Below, one piece after another: positions 48,301 to 59,309 of a stretch of DNA of 64,000 bases. A program made the position numbers and the translations under genes. The stretch lies in the IMG/VR virus record IMGVR_UViG_3300035232_000453, one strand, 5' to 3'. This DNA is from a virus. The notes below the pieces were generated by a model. The model saw only the letters and a program-made list of their open reading frames with translations. It did not search any database and was not told where the DNA came from. Position 1 is the stretch's first letter, and the number at the start of each line of letters is the position of its first letter.

Positions 48301-51300
48301 TCAGCTGATAGACAAGAATTTATATTAAGAGACATAGATACTACACAAAACAAAACATTTAATACAAGGTTTGAATTTAACGGAGACGTTAATATACGTG
48401 ACCATGTGTATGTTTACTTAACACAAGATAATGGAAATGAAACACAAGTACGAAAGCTTCTTATAAAAGACAAAGACTATACAATGATAGGAAACACTAT
48501 TAAATTAATACTATCATATGAGCCATTGGATAGTAAACTTACTAACCCAATGTTAGAAGTGTACTGGACAGGCATGGACGACTGGTGTTTTGTTCCTGCT
48601 AGTTTAGTAAAGCTAGGACTAGGATTTGCTACAGAGCCACAAGTTAATAACAATATATTGTATACACATGATGGTACTGAAATAGATGTAACTGGAAAAG
48701 ATTTAGAAAATGTTAATGCAGGTGCAAGTTTTGATCCTGCTAATGCAGTAATATTTGAGATGGAAAAACGTATATATAATGGTCTTGTTAAAGAAGATAA
48801 TATGTATAAGAGTTCTTCTGTAATTAACGTAGGCTTAGAAAAGTACCATAGCCCGATTAAATATTTGCCAGCACCTCATCACAACACATGGTATGAATTA
48901 GCCGATTTAAATAACTATTTAGAAAAACATTATTACCAATGGACAACTAACAATAATATTAAAACATTAAATTCTAGTAACTACTATGATGCTAATGATA
49001 GCAGTACATGGAACTATAGTACTCTATCAGCAGGAGGCGATTTTACAGACAAGTTGCCAGGACATTGGAAAGGTGCATACACACATATATTTGGAACGTG
49101 TACACCACATATTACTCCGTGGCACATGCTAGGCTACGCATTTAAACCAACTTGGTGGGATAAGCACTACAGTTGGACAGATCCAACAAAACGTGATAAA
49201 CTAATAGTTGCATTAAAAACTGGATTAACATCGGAACCAGGATTACCAAAAACACATGTACCGTTGTTTGCAAGACACACATGGAATTGGTCAACACAAT
49301 GCCCAGTTACTACAACAGGCACATTACAAGATCCTAGCACAGTATTAGATCCTACATCATCTCTTTCAAATGTAGATAAAGAAAAAGAATTTGTATTTGG
49401 AGATTGGGGACCAGTTGAATTTAAATGGAGATCAAGTGATATAGGCAGATCATTATTACTAGACGGTGTGTTAAAGTTAAACCCAACAAAAGCATGGTCA
49501 GACTTTTTTCAACCAGGAAGTATTAGTAAACATAATTCACTAATAAGAAGCATAACTCATTATGATAGATTATTACCATCAAGTCATTCATTTAAAACAC
49601 CTAATAAAGTTTATGGAAAAACTATCACATCTATAAAAATTAAACCTGGCTCGTCACCTAGCACATTTGAAAATAACGGATTCTTCCAACTACTTGACGA
49701 CTTTGATAGTACACTAGGCAGAGCTAATTTTGAAATTACAGAATCATCTGGGCCTGGCACTATTACTGCAATAAGTATGATTGAACGTCCACTAGACATA
49801 GTAGGACAATATATTATTTCATATGCTGGCAACGATGCAGACCCATCGGGCATAGACTTTGATGTTAAACTTAATACTGTTTCTTTTGTTGCAAATGGTA
49901 TAGCACAAGCACAGTACAACTTTTTAACTAGACATGGTCGTGAGAACATACTAGAAGAACATTATGGTAACTTGGATACTAAATTAGTATTCAAATTAGG
50001 TGGCTTTACAAGTAAACACCTACTACACCTAAGTACAGAAACAAGTGAACAAGGATGTGTAATACTAGGCGATGCAGACTACAATGTAGAAATGTATAAA
50101 GGTGCAGTATCAAAATTAATTACTGCAAGTGCATTAACTATTACAAAAACATTAACAGGATATAAAGTATCTGGTATAAATCATAATACTAGAGAATTTA
50201 AATTCCTTGAACCAAATATTACTAACCCAACAGATTATGTATCTATTGAGATTTTGAATCAAACATTAAGACGTTATAATAAATTTGTTGTAACACCTAG
50301 CATAGTAGAATATGATGCTGAGTTTACAAAAATACAAGATGTGTATAACTTTATTAGAGGATATTGGGAATGGATGCGTGTTAACGGATACGAGCTACAG
50401 TATGATGGAAACACATCAGCATACGACTTTGTTACATGGACTACTACTGCTGAAGTTGGATTTAGTCATATTTTACAAATAGGTAGAAAATTAAAGTACA
50501 CACCAGCTCATGGTCATGTGTCAGAGTTTAATACACTAACTTATAATAACAATAGCATACTGTCAAGTGATTCTATAAAAATAGAAAATACAAAATTAGG
50601 TATTACACGTACAGACGGTAAAGTTTCAGTGGAAACAAAAAGTAAAGAATTTATAGGAAGTATCACTAGTGCAGAGCTAGACTTTGAACATGTAGTTATA
50701 ATTGAAGACAGTACAACGTTAGGAATAACACTGTTTGATGACGTTAAAGATAGTATGCAATCTAGATTATGCTTATGTGGACAACGAACACAAAACTGGA
50801 ATGGTGAGAAAAAAGCACCAGGATACTTAGTATCAGACGATCATATTATACAAAACTTTGATAGTGCAGTACAAAGCATTGATGACTTGTATAGAACAGA
50901 CGTAGATGAGTTTAATAGATCTTTTGGAAAAGCCAAAGACATAACAATTGGAAAAACAGAAGGTTTGTTGTTAGAAGGTTTGGGCCTTAATGAAAACATT
51001 CTTACTAATTATTATCAGGGAATGATAAAAGAAAAAGGTACACGCGGTGCTATAGAGCATATAGGTAAAAGTAATATATTAAACTTCAATGAGACTACTA
51101 TATCTGCATATGAACAATACATGTTTAGACAGTCTGTTTTAGGAAATGACGATTTACAAGATCCACTAGAAATAGAAATAGTGTCAAGTGATATTAATTC
51201 TTCTCCTCAAACTATATCATTAAATACCGGAGCATCTGCTCCTAACTTCCAATCAGACGCTAATGTAATCGATGCATACATTGACGCAGATCAAGATAAT

Positions 51301-54300
51301 ATTAACGAAAGAATTGTTAACAATAAATCAATAACATTTGATACATTAAGCTACGATGAATCAAACAGTGACATACTTACAGGTGGTGAAGCATTAGAAA
51401 CAGAAACAACATACAGAGTTTTAAGCACATCTGATATATCATCGGTATTTGATAGCACAGCCGAATATGCTAATATCGAAACATGGGCTCCTAACAAAAG
51501 TTATCGTCTAGGTGATCAAGTAAGAATGAACGGTGAGTTATGGGAATGTAACGTTGAGTTTACTGGAGTAACACAAGTATCATCAAGTATTGAAGTAACT
51601 TCTAGAAGAGCAACTGATACTGCAATTATTCCAAATGGAACACAGGCTAATATTGCAGGCATACCTACTACACTTATAAAAAATGACGAAAGTTTTGCTA
51701 ACGTTGTAGTTAATGGAAATGATGGCTCACATACATATGTTCCAATAACAGGTGATGCATCATCTACATTGGTAATAAATGGAGCGCCAATTACATTTAA
51801 TAAGATTAAGTTAGTACCAACAATAAATGGACCAGCAGTAATATATGCAGATGGAACTGGAGACTTTTCTGATCCTGTTACAGGTGTTACAAACCATTCA
51901 ATAAGTATTACAACTAGAAAAACTCTTGCAAACAACACCGTACAAGACACAACTCAGGTAGTTGACTTTGATACTACTCCAGGCAATATAACAGAAACAT
52001 TTACAGGAGATGCAATTGAAACAATATTTACTCTCTCGCAACCGTTATTAGGAGCAAGGCCTAATAACTATAATGTTAGTTCTGTAACAGTTGATGGAGT
52101 GTTATTAACTGATCCAGCAGATTATAGTGTAGACACAGGAGCAGGTAACATTACATTTACAACGGCTCCAAGTGTAGGGGTTGATAATATCGTAGTTGTA
52201 TTAGTACACCAAGTTGATACAATGACTCAATCAGAAATTATAACTCATATTGATAGTTATAATATTCCTAACTTAACAACTTCTCTTACACCAATAAATG
52301 GTACACAAAGAATAACACTAAGTTTTCAAAGTTCAGATCACACAGAACGTTTAATATTAGACGCAGATCTCGGTAATGGTACAAATGCACAATTAGATTT
52401 ACCTCCAGCTGGTATTAATGTTCAGCAAGATGTTACTGATGTTGAAGCTCCAGATGTTTTAACTGTTGAAGAAGTTAGAGACCAAATTAACAATACAAGT
52501 TCTTCATTGCTTACTTATATTTCAGCAAGTGTAATAACTGGTAACATAGTCATAACACAATCTAATAGATCAGACACTTCACCACTAGTTATGTCAGGAA
52601 ATGTACTAACATCATTAGGACTATCAGCATCAACTCCTGGTACAAGTTTACAAGTTCCGGTACCGGTTAGTTATGACGAAGCAGCAAGCCAAATACAAGC
52701 ACAACTTACGCTTAATAGTATTACAGGCGTTACTGTTATTGGACTTGGAAATAGAATTAAATTTGAATCTACAAATGCATCACTTGATTTAGGCGACACT
52801 AGTTTTAACACAGTAATTGGATTACCAACAGGAACAGTTACGTCTTCAGAAGTTAATGTTGATAATGAATGGGACACTGGCAGCACTCCACACCAGACAA
52901 AATTTACTAGAGTTGATCAGTCGCTGGACCCAGCATTATATAATATATTAATATCCGATGATAGTGATTTTGTAAACAGTACAGTGGGATCAACTGAAAC
53001 AAAATTTTGGAGTTGGAATGTACTTCAAGTCACACAAAGATATGCTGCTCCAGGCAACGAAACATTGTATACCAAACCCGATGAAGCTATAAACATAGTA
53101 ACAGACAATCCAACTACATGCGGTATATGTGCAGGAACAGCCAGTATTGATGGTAACGATGCAGAAGTAACAACAAATGTTGACCATGGATTAAAAGTGG
53201 GCGATTACGTACAACTACTAAACACAACAACTACACCTAACATTGATGGTATCCATAAAGTAACTAAAATTGGATCAAACAATAAAATATTTTATATAGA
53301 TGAATATATTGAATCATGCGGTAATGCAGTTTCAGTTATGCCATTAGTTACTACTAGATTTGAAACAACTGAGCAGAAAAACTTAGCAGTCTCATCAACT
53401 GATTGGAACTTGCCTACTGGTACAACTGTATTTGTTAATAACAAAGACAATGTACGAGGAACATATGTGCATACAGTATCACAGTATAATACAGAATCAG
53501 TTGCAAATACAGTAACTGGCACTACATATAGAATTATCACAACAGGTGATACTAACTTTACATCAATTGGAGCTGCAGACAGTGAACCTAACACTGTATT
53601 CACTGCAACTGGAATTGGATCAGGAACAGGTACAGTTGAGAAAGTAACATACACTGATGTAAGAAGCACAACTACAAGACCTACTAACACAGATATAGAC
53701 AGTGTATTAATTTATAGTCACACTAATAATCAATCAAAAATACAACTAGAAATTTGGGATCCTATGAGAAAGATCTTGCCGGGTGTTGCACAGCAGAATT
53801 TAGACTACAGTAACTTTACAGACAATGCAGTGTACACAACATCAACAGATGACAACCAATATACAGATGTTGAGGTTGCATGGAGCAACGACCAAGTAGG
53901 TACAAGATGGTGGGACACAAGTAAAGTTCGTTATTACGATTACGATCAGGGTGACTCTGTATACAAATCAAACTATTGGGGTAAATTATACCCAGGCAGT
54001 GAAGTAGTAGTTTGGGAATGGTCCAAGTCAACAGTTTCGCCAGATGAGTACGCTGAGCAAGTTACTAATCAAAAAGAAATGTTTGGTAAACCTGCAACAG
54101 GTGAAGCTTATTCAAAATACGACAACACATTAAAAGAAACACTTTATTATTATACAACAGAACAAGAATGGAATGTTAGAACTAATGCATATGATACTGT
54201 TTATTACTTCTGGGTTAAAAATAAAACAACAATAGAAGATAGTAGAATATTATCAGCATACGATGTAGCAAACATTATTGCTGATCCAACAAATGCAGGT

Positions 54301-56091
54301 GTTAGTTGGTTTGCAGTTATCAGTGATAAAGAATTTATTGTTGATAATATTAATTACTACATAGACGATATAGGAACAGTACTACAGATTAATAAGGCAG
54401 GTAACAAATATAGTTCACATAACGAATGGACACTTATTGCTAAGGATTCAGATACAATACCTGAATACTATATTGATAGAATGAAACGTAACTTTGCAGG
54501 AAGAGACTCTAACAAAGTAAACATTCCATTCTATACGTTACATAAATTTAATAGGTATGGAGATGAAATAGAAATTGGACAAACTTGGTTTAAAGATTTA
54601 TCCGATGCAAGAAGAAATGCAATAATAACAATTAACTCACTAATGAAAAATATTAATTTAGCAGACGAGTATAAAGATACATGGGATAGAACATTTAACA
54701 AAAATAATTTCCCTTCATTCTTGTGGATATGGTCTGATTATGTATCAAGTACATATCACGGAACTTATAACTTTACTACAAAAATTAATGAATACAAAGA
54801 CCTCAATACAATTGACAAAACTCTACATTCGGTAGTTAAGTATGAAATATTTGATACAGAAGTACAGCTTGACAGAAGTGAAACATACGCATATAATAAA
54901 GAAATATTAGCATGGGAATTAGTTTACAAGTCTAATAATACTATTCAGTTTAATGAAGAATTATTAGTAGCAACAGGTGGATGGGATGTTGAGTCATGGG
55001 ATGCATGGCCATATGACCAGGCAGACATTGCAGAGTATTGGGAAACACTAATCGAAGCATTGTATAAAGATATGTTTGTTTCTTACAATGTATTAAAGAT
55101 GAATACCTTCTTCTTTAGTGTGATACATTATGTACTGAGTTCGTTTGAACAAACTAACTGGATTAAGAAAACTACATATATCAAACTAGACTTAGTTGAC
55201 CAAATAAGAACACAAAGTAGAAAATACAGAAAAGATAAAACAAATGATATACTAGGTTATATACATGAAGTTAAACCATATCACACTAAGTTAAGTAGTA
55301 TTACTGCAAAAAATACGCACTTAGAAGATGTAATGTTAACAGTTACTGAACAAGAACATAAAACACATATTACTATGAATATCAATGATACATCAAGTGA
55401 AAATAAATTTGGTGGCGGAATAGTATACGAAGGTGAAGACTTTAATGAAGGCGACACACCAACTGATATGTTTAGTCCAACAGTACTGACAGACTTTACA
55501 ACTACACCAGATAACGAGATAGTGTACGGTGTAGACTTTACAGAAGCTCAAGCATTTAATTATATAGAAGAATTAGATGGCTTGCCACGTAATGGATACG
55601 TTAAACTTAGTCCAATTGAAAGATTAAGTATTGGTGTACAAACTAATACAGCAGGTAGTACACATAACAATAACTCTAGAACATTTGCACATATGATCGG
55701 ATCAGATGGATTTGTTAGATCATATGCATTAACAGAAGCAAACGAAACAACATTGACTGCAGACTTTACGGCAAGTGCTAACATAATACAAGTAGTTAGT
55801 ACAAGCTCGTTTGATCAAACAGGCACAGCATATGTAGGCGGCGAACTAATTGATTATACAATATTAGATGCTACTACATTATCTTGTACTAAGCGAGGTG
55901 TACTAGGAACATTTAATGTTTCTGCCCTCAACGGAACATCGGTGATACAAGTTGATAAAACTCAACTTACATTTGCAAATGATGATCCAAGTGAATTGCA
56001 ATATAACACACTTGGTGATACAATTTTAAACAGCCCAGGCTCATTACAAGCACAAGAGTTGCAAACATATGGCAAGGGTGTAGGATTATAA
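45394..56091 (+). CDS. Giant (3565 aa) baseplate wedge protein, gp7-like position
   Basis: Follows gp6; N-terminal LPNVFQT and FNPPIDIDKFVNY, C-terminal YIHEVKPYHTK motif typical of wedge proteins. Confidence 0.7.
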   Translation: MAKKKAGKQQVNNIKTSNFLPNVFQTDLNKNWLDSTLDQMVSKGPLDDIDVFVGSRKGDVAESGDVYLEPKVYKDLQRTTQLSPGIVAYNNSGKTTNTITFDDVAHSINQNFSTYNYNSAYASHKYGFNPPIDIDKFVNYVNYRWVEELPIYESIYTGSTVNPLTEINTNNMSTITDDNNSFVLENQMLIKFTGSGWHTDVLNKTYIVTGSVSKYTLREYISNDGISRVYENNVKHSVSANGVWFNKILYNAELNSAYGASSTPEQLVDDYNNTPVNSRLPFFDGFDFPQLESNTTVLDKDILVKFTGTWTHGSGTNNNDIFSLTINATTGNVSILPATTQQITLAETTLSPDNNLMYNDGIVISPDKDYIVVNKNDSYQSAWSRNNHWVNISTINKLQELITGYDFTEIRNKQRIALRPIIEFNASIEFYTHAGYKQDQYVGAVTHGIKQNDSVPTGAGETYVYVDNHIPSGTDHKIYVVGGTDIVLEENDTFTINNAVDTTYKNADMYFTDKIKFAQQKHTVNQNPLYSFYNHYGNYLGSINGKKFDGDKIFGYKIGTGANDTELGFPLSYKDTPKGAEYEFENFIITQKYYSNYANSEYSRGTYSKDQIGFNLFKQHGVLKSIYAPSGDPAGAHEHKQYKINAADDSFVIPYGWDNWRQDDEFVVHQELETFVLTRKNISGNNNLIDQTHQVYTVGESQEIKFTNLTGDTLYIKSHGSVISDNSASWVDTYTSSGSITTLTTSASSNDTYFDIYLDNELVQCFIVSKQYDQPFYKITQNGNPISPSNITVTNSSITLDQSILVENDLIDFEWTNNDLNNSTLNVSMPDVHKHNANNDILETFTISQTLNHWKDKLNVMPGFDNNTFGENNYASVPHTPYYGGTIFLHEDLSIMHDINYADTKLSITGSLLEQGTEFVAFRQRVSDAARKIWTKTGAMTIQQLTDNAIGSVTKVKPIYTNSNMLVLQSADRQEFILRDIDTTQNKTFNTRFEFNGDVNIRDHVYVYLTQDNGNETQVRKLLIKDKDYTMIGNTIKLILSYEPLDSKLTNPMLEVYWTGMDDWCFVPASLVKLGLGFATEPQVNNNILYTHDGTEIDVTGKDLENVNAGASFDPANAVIFEMEKRIYNGLVKEDNMYKSSSVINVGLEKYHSPIKYLPAPHHNTWYELADLNNYLEKHYYQWTTNNNIKTLNSSNYYDANDSSTWNYSTLSAGGDFTDKLPGHWKGAYTHIFGTCTPHITPWHMLGYAFKPTWWDKHYSWTDPTKRDKLIVALKTGLTSEPGLPKTHVPLFARHTWNWSTQCPVTTTGTLQDPSTVLDPTSSLSNVDKEKEFVFGDWGPVEFKWRSSDIGRSLLLDGVLKLNPTKAWSDFFQPGSISKHNSLIRSITHYDRLLPSSHSFKTPNKVYGKTITSIKIKPGSSPSTFENNGFFQLLDDFDSTLGRANFEITESSGPGTITAISMIERPLDIVGQYIISYAGNDADPSGIDFDVKLNTVSFVANGIAQAQYNFLTRHGRENILEEHYGNLDTKLVFKLGGFTSKHLLHLSTETSEQGCVILGDADYNVEMYKGAVSKLITASALTITKTLTGYKVSGINHNTREFKFLEPNITNPTDYVSIEILNQTLRRYNKFVVTPSIVEYDAEFTKIQDVYNFIRGYWEWMRVNGYELQYDGNTSAYDFVTWTTTAEVGFSHILQIGRKLKYTPAHGHVSEFNTLTYNNNSILSSDSIKIENTKLGITRTDGKVSVETKSKEFIGSITSAELDFEHVVIIEDSTTLGITLFDDVKDSMQSRLCLCGQRTQNWNGEKKAPGYLVSDDHIIQNFDSAVQSIDDLYRTDVDEFNRSFGKAKDITIGKTEGLLLEGLGLNENILTNYYQGMIKEKGTRGAIEHIGKSNILNFNETTISAYEQYMFRQSVLGNDDLQDPLEIEIVSSDINSSPQTISLNTGASAPNFQSDANVIDAYIDADQDNINERIVNNKSITFDTLSYDESNSDILTGGEALETETTYRVLSTSDISSVFDSTAEYANIETWAPNKSYRLGDQVRMNGELWECNVEFTGVTQVSSSIEVTSRRATDTAIIPNGTQANIAGIPTTLIKNDESFANVVVNGNDGSHTYVPITGDASSTLVINGAPITFNKIKLVPTINGPAVIYADGTGDFSDPVTGVTNHSISITTRKTLANNTVQDTTQVVDFDTTPGNITETFTGDAIETIFTLSQPLLGARPNNYNVSSVTVDGVLLTDPADYSVDTGAGNITFTTAPSVGVDNIVVVLVHQVDTMTQSEIITHIDSYNIPNLTTSLTPINGTQRITLSFQSSDHTERLILDADLGNGTNAQLDLPPAGINVQQDVTDVEAPDVLTVEEVRDQINNTSSSLLTYISASVITGNIVITQSNRSDTSPLVMSGNVLTSLGLSASTPGTSLQVPVPVSYDEAASQIQAQLTLNSITGVTVIGLGNRIKFESTNASLDLGDTSFNTVIGLPTGTVTSSEVNVDNEWDTGSTPHQTKFTRVDQSLDPALYNILISDDSDFVNSTVGSTETKFWSWNVLQVTQRYAAPGNETLYTKPDEAINIVTDNPTTCGICAGTASIDGNDAEVTTNVDHGLKVGDYVQLLNTTTTPNIDGIHKVTKIGSNNKIFYIDEYIESCGNAVSVMPLVTTRFETTEQKNLAVSSTDWNLPTGTTVFVNNKDNVRGTYVHTVSQYNTESVANTVTGTTYRIITTGDTNFTSIGAADSEPNTVFTATGIGSGTGTVEKVTYTDVRSTTTRPTNTDIDSVLIYSHTNNQSKIQLEIWDPMRKILPGVAQQNLDYSNFTDNAVYTTSTDDNQYTDVEVAWSNDQVGTRWWDTSKVRYYDYDQGDSVYKSNYWGKLYPGSEVVVWEWSKSTVSPDEYAEQVTNQKEMFGKPATGEAYSKYDNTLKETLYYYTTEQEWNVRTNAYDTVYYFWVKNKTTIEDSRILSAYDVANIIADPTNAGVSWFAVISDKEFIVDNINYYIDDIGTVLQINKAGNKYSSHNEWTLIAKDSDTIPEYYIDRMKRNFAGRDSNKVNIPFYTLHKFNRYGDEIEIGQTWFKDLSDARRNAIITINSLMKNINLADEYKDTWDRTFNKNNFPSFLWIWSDYVSSTYHGTYNFTTKINEYKDLNTIDKTLHSVVKYEIFDTEVQLDRSETYAYNKEILAWELVYKSNNTIQFNEELLVATGGWDVESWDAWPYDQADIAEYWETLIEALYKDMFVSYNVLKMNTFFFSVIHYVLSSFEQTNWIKKTTYIKLDLVDQIRTQSRKYRKDKTNDILGYIHEVKPYHTKLSSITAKNTHLEDVMLTVTEQEHKTHITMNINDTSSENKFGGGIVYEGEDFNEGDTPTDMFSPTVLTDFTTTPDNEIVYGVDFTEAQAFNYIEELDGLPRNGYVKLSPIERLSIGVQTNTAGSTHNNNSRTFAHMIGSDGFVRSYALTEANETTLTADFTASANIIQVVSTSSFDQTGTAYVGGELIDYTILDATTLSCTKRGVLGTFNVSALNGTSVIQVDKTQLTFANDDPSELQYNTLGDTILNSPGSLQAQELQTYGKGVGL

Positions 56092-56108
56092 TGCTATTTA
56101 ACGATTTG

Positions 56109-56116
56109 TATAAATA
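56109..56116 (+). promoter_or_regulatory. T4-type late promoter TATAAATA
   Basis: Exact T4 late consensus 19 bp before the 56136 ATG. Confidence 0.75.
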
Positions 56117-56135
56117 GTGTATAAGGAATAGGATA

Positions 56136-56738
56136 ATGAAAACATTAAATGAAAACTCAAATGTCGCAGTAGAAGGGCACGTTTTAATCAAAGACTTTGA
56201 TTCAGGCGAGGTTCTACTTGACAAATATAACGCTATAAACTTTCAAAACTTTGCATTTGCAGTAGCACATGCATTAGGAGGCGACGGCACAACATACGGT
56301 ATATCAAAACTAGCACTTGGAATGGGCGGATCAACAGTTGAAGCAAACGGATCAGTTACATATAAACAACCAAAGGTAAGTGGAGCCACAGGCCAATTGT
56401 ATACTGCATGTAAAGATAATTCAGGAGCATCGTCGGTTGACTTAACAGTGCCGGTAACTTTTGTAGTTAACAATGCATCAAATCAACCATATTCAGATTT
56501 AGAATGTCGTGCAGTGTTGGATTACAATTTTCCAGCAGATGCACAAGCAGTTGATAATTCGCCAACAATGGATGAGATATCTGATACTAATTTTATATTT
56601 GATGAAATTGGACTAATGACAGGCTCAACAACAGGTGAAGGTAGTTTCTTAACACACTTAATTTTCCATCCTATTCAGAAAAGCAAGAACAGAAAACTAG
56701 AAATACTTTACACATTACGAATTAGAGCAGGAGTTTAA
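56136..56738 (+). CDS. Baseplate/tail-collar structural protein
   Basis: ISKLALGMGG, FDEIGL, HLIFHPIQKS motifs and position. Confidence 0.55.
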   Translation: MKTLNENSNVAVEGHVLIKDFDSGEVLLDKYNAINFQNFAFAVAHALGGDGTTYGISKLALGMGGSTVEANGSVTYKQPKVSGATGQLYTACKDNSGASSVDLTVPVTFVVNNASNQPYSDLECRAVLDYNFPADAQAVDNSPTMDEISDTNFIFDEIGLMTGSTTGEGSFLTHLIFHPIQKSKNRKLEILYTLRIRAGV

Positions 56739-56741
56739 ATT

Positions 56742-57665
56742 ATGGCATATAATATTAAAAAATATCCAAACGGAGCTTTAGACTATTTCAGAATCGATGA
56801 CAACTCACAAAATGTTGCTAACACTAGTTTAACACTAGTAGGCAAGTACTGGGTAGGCTACGGTGAAAGTATAGCACAAAATTCAGTAAGACTATTAGAA
56901 AACTTTGCAAGTGATACCGCACCAGATAATGCAATTGAAGGTCAGCTATGGTGGAAACCAGTAGAGCAGCAGTTGTTTATAAGACACAACAATGATTGGC
57001 TTGGTATAGACTCTGATTCAAAAACAACAGAAGTAATGGATACTAATAATGTAAAACATAAAGTTGTTGTATCTAAAGTAAATGGAGTTATTATATCAAT
57101 AACAAGTTCAGACACTACACCTTGGGTTATTAACACAAGCGAAACATTAATTGAACCTTATTTTAGAAACAACGGAGAAGTAACTATATCAGATAGTGCA
57201 ACTATTCTTCCTGGTATTAATTTAACTACAGATAAAAACAAAGAGGCAGTATTCCATGGTACAGCAACACACGCCAGATACGCTGACGTGGCAGAGCTTT
57301 ATGCTTCGGATAACGAATATGGACCTGGACACGTTATGAAAATTGGTGGAACTGATGAAGTTACAGAAACATCTCAAGAGCTTGACGAAGATGCAGTGGG
57401 AGTTGTTACAACAGACCCAGCATTGTTAATGAACAGCAGATTACCTGGCATAACAGTAGGTATAGCACTACTTGGTAGAGTACCATGTAATGTTGTTGGT
57501 AAAGTTACCAAAGGGGATAGAATCGTTACAAGTAATACACCTGGACACGGCCAATCTGCACGTAATGTTAGTACGTATGGATATCAACATGTTATCGGAA
57601 GAGCAGTTGAAGATAAGACAACTGACGACACAGGAACCGTTGAAGTAATAGTTGGAGTAAAGTAA
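56742..57665 (+). CDS. Short fibre/baseplate protein with C-terminal autoproteolytic chaperone-like (peptidase G2-like) domain
   Basis: SLTLVGK...YGE...LLENFA N-terminus; YADVAELY...IALLGRVPC...KGDRIVTS...IGRA C-terminus. Confidence 0.65.
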   Translation: MAYNIKKYPNGALDYFRIDDNSQNVANTSLTLVGKYWVGYGESIAQNSVRLLENFASDTAPDNAIEGQLWWKPVEQQLFIRHNNDWLGIDSDSKTTEVMDTNNVKHKVVVSKVNGVIISITSSDTTPWVINTSETLIEPYFRNNGEVTISDSATILPGINLTTDKNKEAVFHGTATHARYADVAELYASDNEYGPGHVMKIGGTDEVTETSQELDEDAVGVVTTDPALLMNSRLPGITVGIALLGRVPCNVVGKVTKGDRIVTSNTPGHGQSARNVSTYGYQHVIGRAVEDKTTDDTGTVEVIVGVK

Positions 57666-59300
57666 ATGCCAGTGTCATTAACACCTGTTAATACTGGAGA
57701 CAAAGTAAAGGCACAAGACCTAATAGATCTAGTTGACTATTATAATGAAATATGGGACGGTGGCGCATACTTGTATGATGCAAATCATCACACTGATGCT
57801 GAAAGAAGGTATGGCTGGGGACAAGGACAAATAACACTTAACACTCCACCTATCAGTTTTCAAAAAAATGGATCAGCAGTAATTGATGGTACACTAATAA
57901 CTGCTACAGACTTAAACGAAATAACTGCATACATGAATGCAGGATTATATCATGGCGAAGACGATCCAATTTCATCGGCTAATGTAGAAGGCTTACATAA
58001 CTTAATAGATTTAACTACTTACCCAAAAACAGAGATACTAGCTGCATATCACAACAGCATACTAAATAAAATTCAATGGTTTAGACAAGCTCCAAAAAAC
58101 AAGTACCAAATAGACTGGGCTAACTTTGACTTAGCATCATTAACAACTACAACAACTGCTAATTGGGATAATAACTTAGAGATAGTTCATAAATTTACTT
58201 TTCAAAGTTATAATAAAGCAAGACATTTCTTTAATGCAGGTGGCGAACTAACACTTGAATTAGAAATGAATCCTGGAGGATCATCGGGTAATCAAGTATG
58301 GGAAGGTATATTTGATCAGTTTGATAGTATTAGAATAGGAGCAGAAGGATGTAGAGTAGTTGCAGATAATATCTATGATGTTATTGCTACTAGTGGTGTT
58401 AACTATGGATTTTACAACGGCTTACAGTATCTATACGGTGGCGGGTCAACTGCTAGTGAAGATGATTTTAGAACTATCCTAGACGCAGGTGTATTTGCAT
58501 ACACAAATAATACTGCCACAGAAGCAACTGTATACTTATACAGTGAGTATAACAGTAGAAGAATTAGACTTCAGATGCGAGCAGAAGATATAGGTTCTGA
58601 ATTTAATATTTATGTAAGACTTATATTAGTTGAAGATATTGATGATAATTTTGATATCACTCAACCAATAACATTGAGCTCTGGATATGTACAACCAGCT
58701 ACAACTCCGTTAGCAACTGATCCTAACTTAGCAAAATTTACTGTTGACAGTTATCCATATTATAAATTTACAGAAATACCTGCACCAGATGTTTCATTGG
58801 ATACTAATTGGCAAGAACCAGCAATTAATGAATCGCATGCTCAACTTGATTGGAGAGGTCATGCTGTATCAAATGTGGATGCAGGACACTTTATAACTGG
58901 ACAAGAATATACAATTGTCTCTGTTAATGATAATATCCAAGTAGAAATACCATACCCAGGCACTGGTGTACTAACACAACAAGTTATAACTGGAAAACAA
59001 TACAGAATTGTATCAGTAGGCACAACTGACTTTACTAAGATGGGAGCAGCTAATAATAACGTAAACACTATATTCACTGCTACACGTAGAGGAACTGGTA
59101 CTGGTATAGTCGGCGGCGCAACATCTGTTGACACTGACTTTGTATTAATAGGTGCCGTAGACAATGTCCCTGGTACTGTATTCACAGCCACTGGACCTGG
59201 AACAGGTTCGGGTATTGCAACCGAAACACCAACTGGTTCACCAGTTGATCCAGGTGAGATATGGCAAAGCACCGGTTTATTCAGATATAACAAAATCTAA
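57666..59300 (+). CDS. Tail/baseplate structural protein
   Basis: YGWGQ and ARHFFNAGG motifs; C-terminal nested TDFTxIGA mini-domains. Confidence 0.6.
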   Translation: MPVSLTPVNTGDKVKAQDLIDLVDYYNEIWDGGAYLYDANHHTDAERRYGWGQGQITLNTPPISFQKNGSAVIDGTLITATDLNEITAYMNAGLYHGEDDPISSANVEGLHNLIDLTTYPKTEILAAYHNSILNKIQWFRQAPKNKYQIDWANFDLASLTTTTTANWDNNLEIVHKFTFQSYNKARHFFNAGGELTLELEMNPGGSSGNQVWEGIFDQFDSIRIGAEGCRVVADNIYDVIATSGVNYGFYNGLQYLYGGGSTASEDDFRTILDAGVFAYTNNTATEATVYLYSEYNSRRIRLQMRAEDIGSEFNIYVRLILVEDIDDNFDITQPITLSSGYVQPATTPLATDPNLAKFTVDSYPYYKFTEIPAPDVSLDTNWQEPAINESHAQLDWRGHAVSNVDAGHFITGQEYTIVSVNDNIQVEIPYPGTGVLTQQVITGKQYRIVSVGTTDFTKMGAANNNVNTIFTATRRGTGTGIVGGATSVDTDFVLIGAVDNVPGTVFTATGPGTGSGIATETPTGSPVDPGEIWQSTGLFRYNKI

Positions 59301-59309
59301 AAATCCCTA

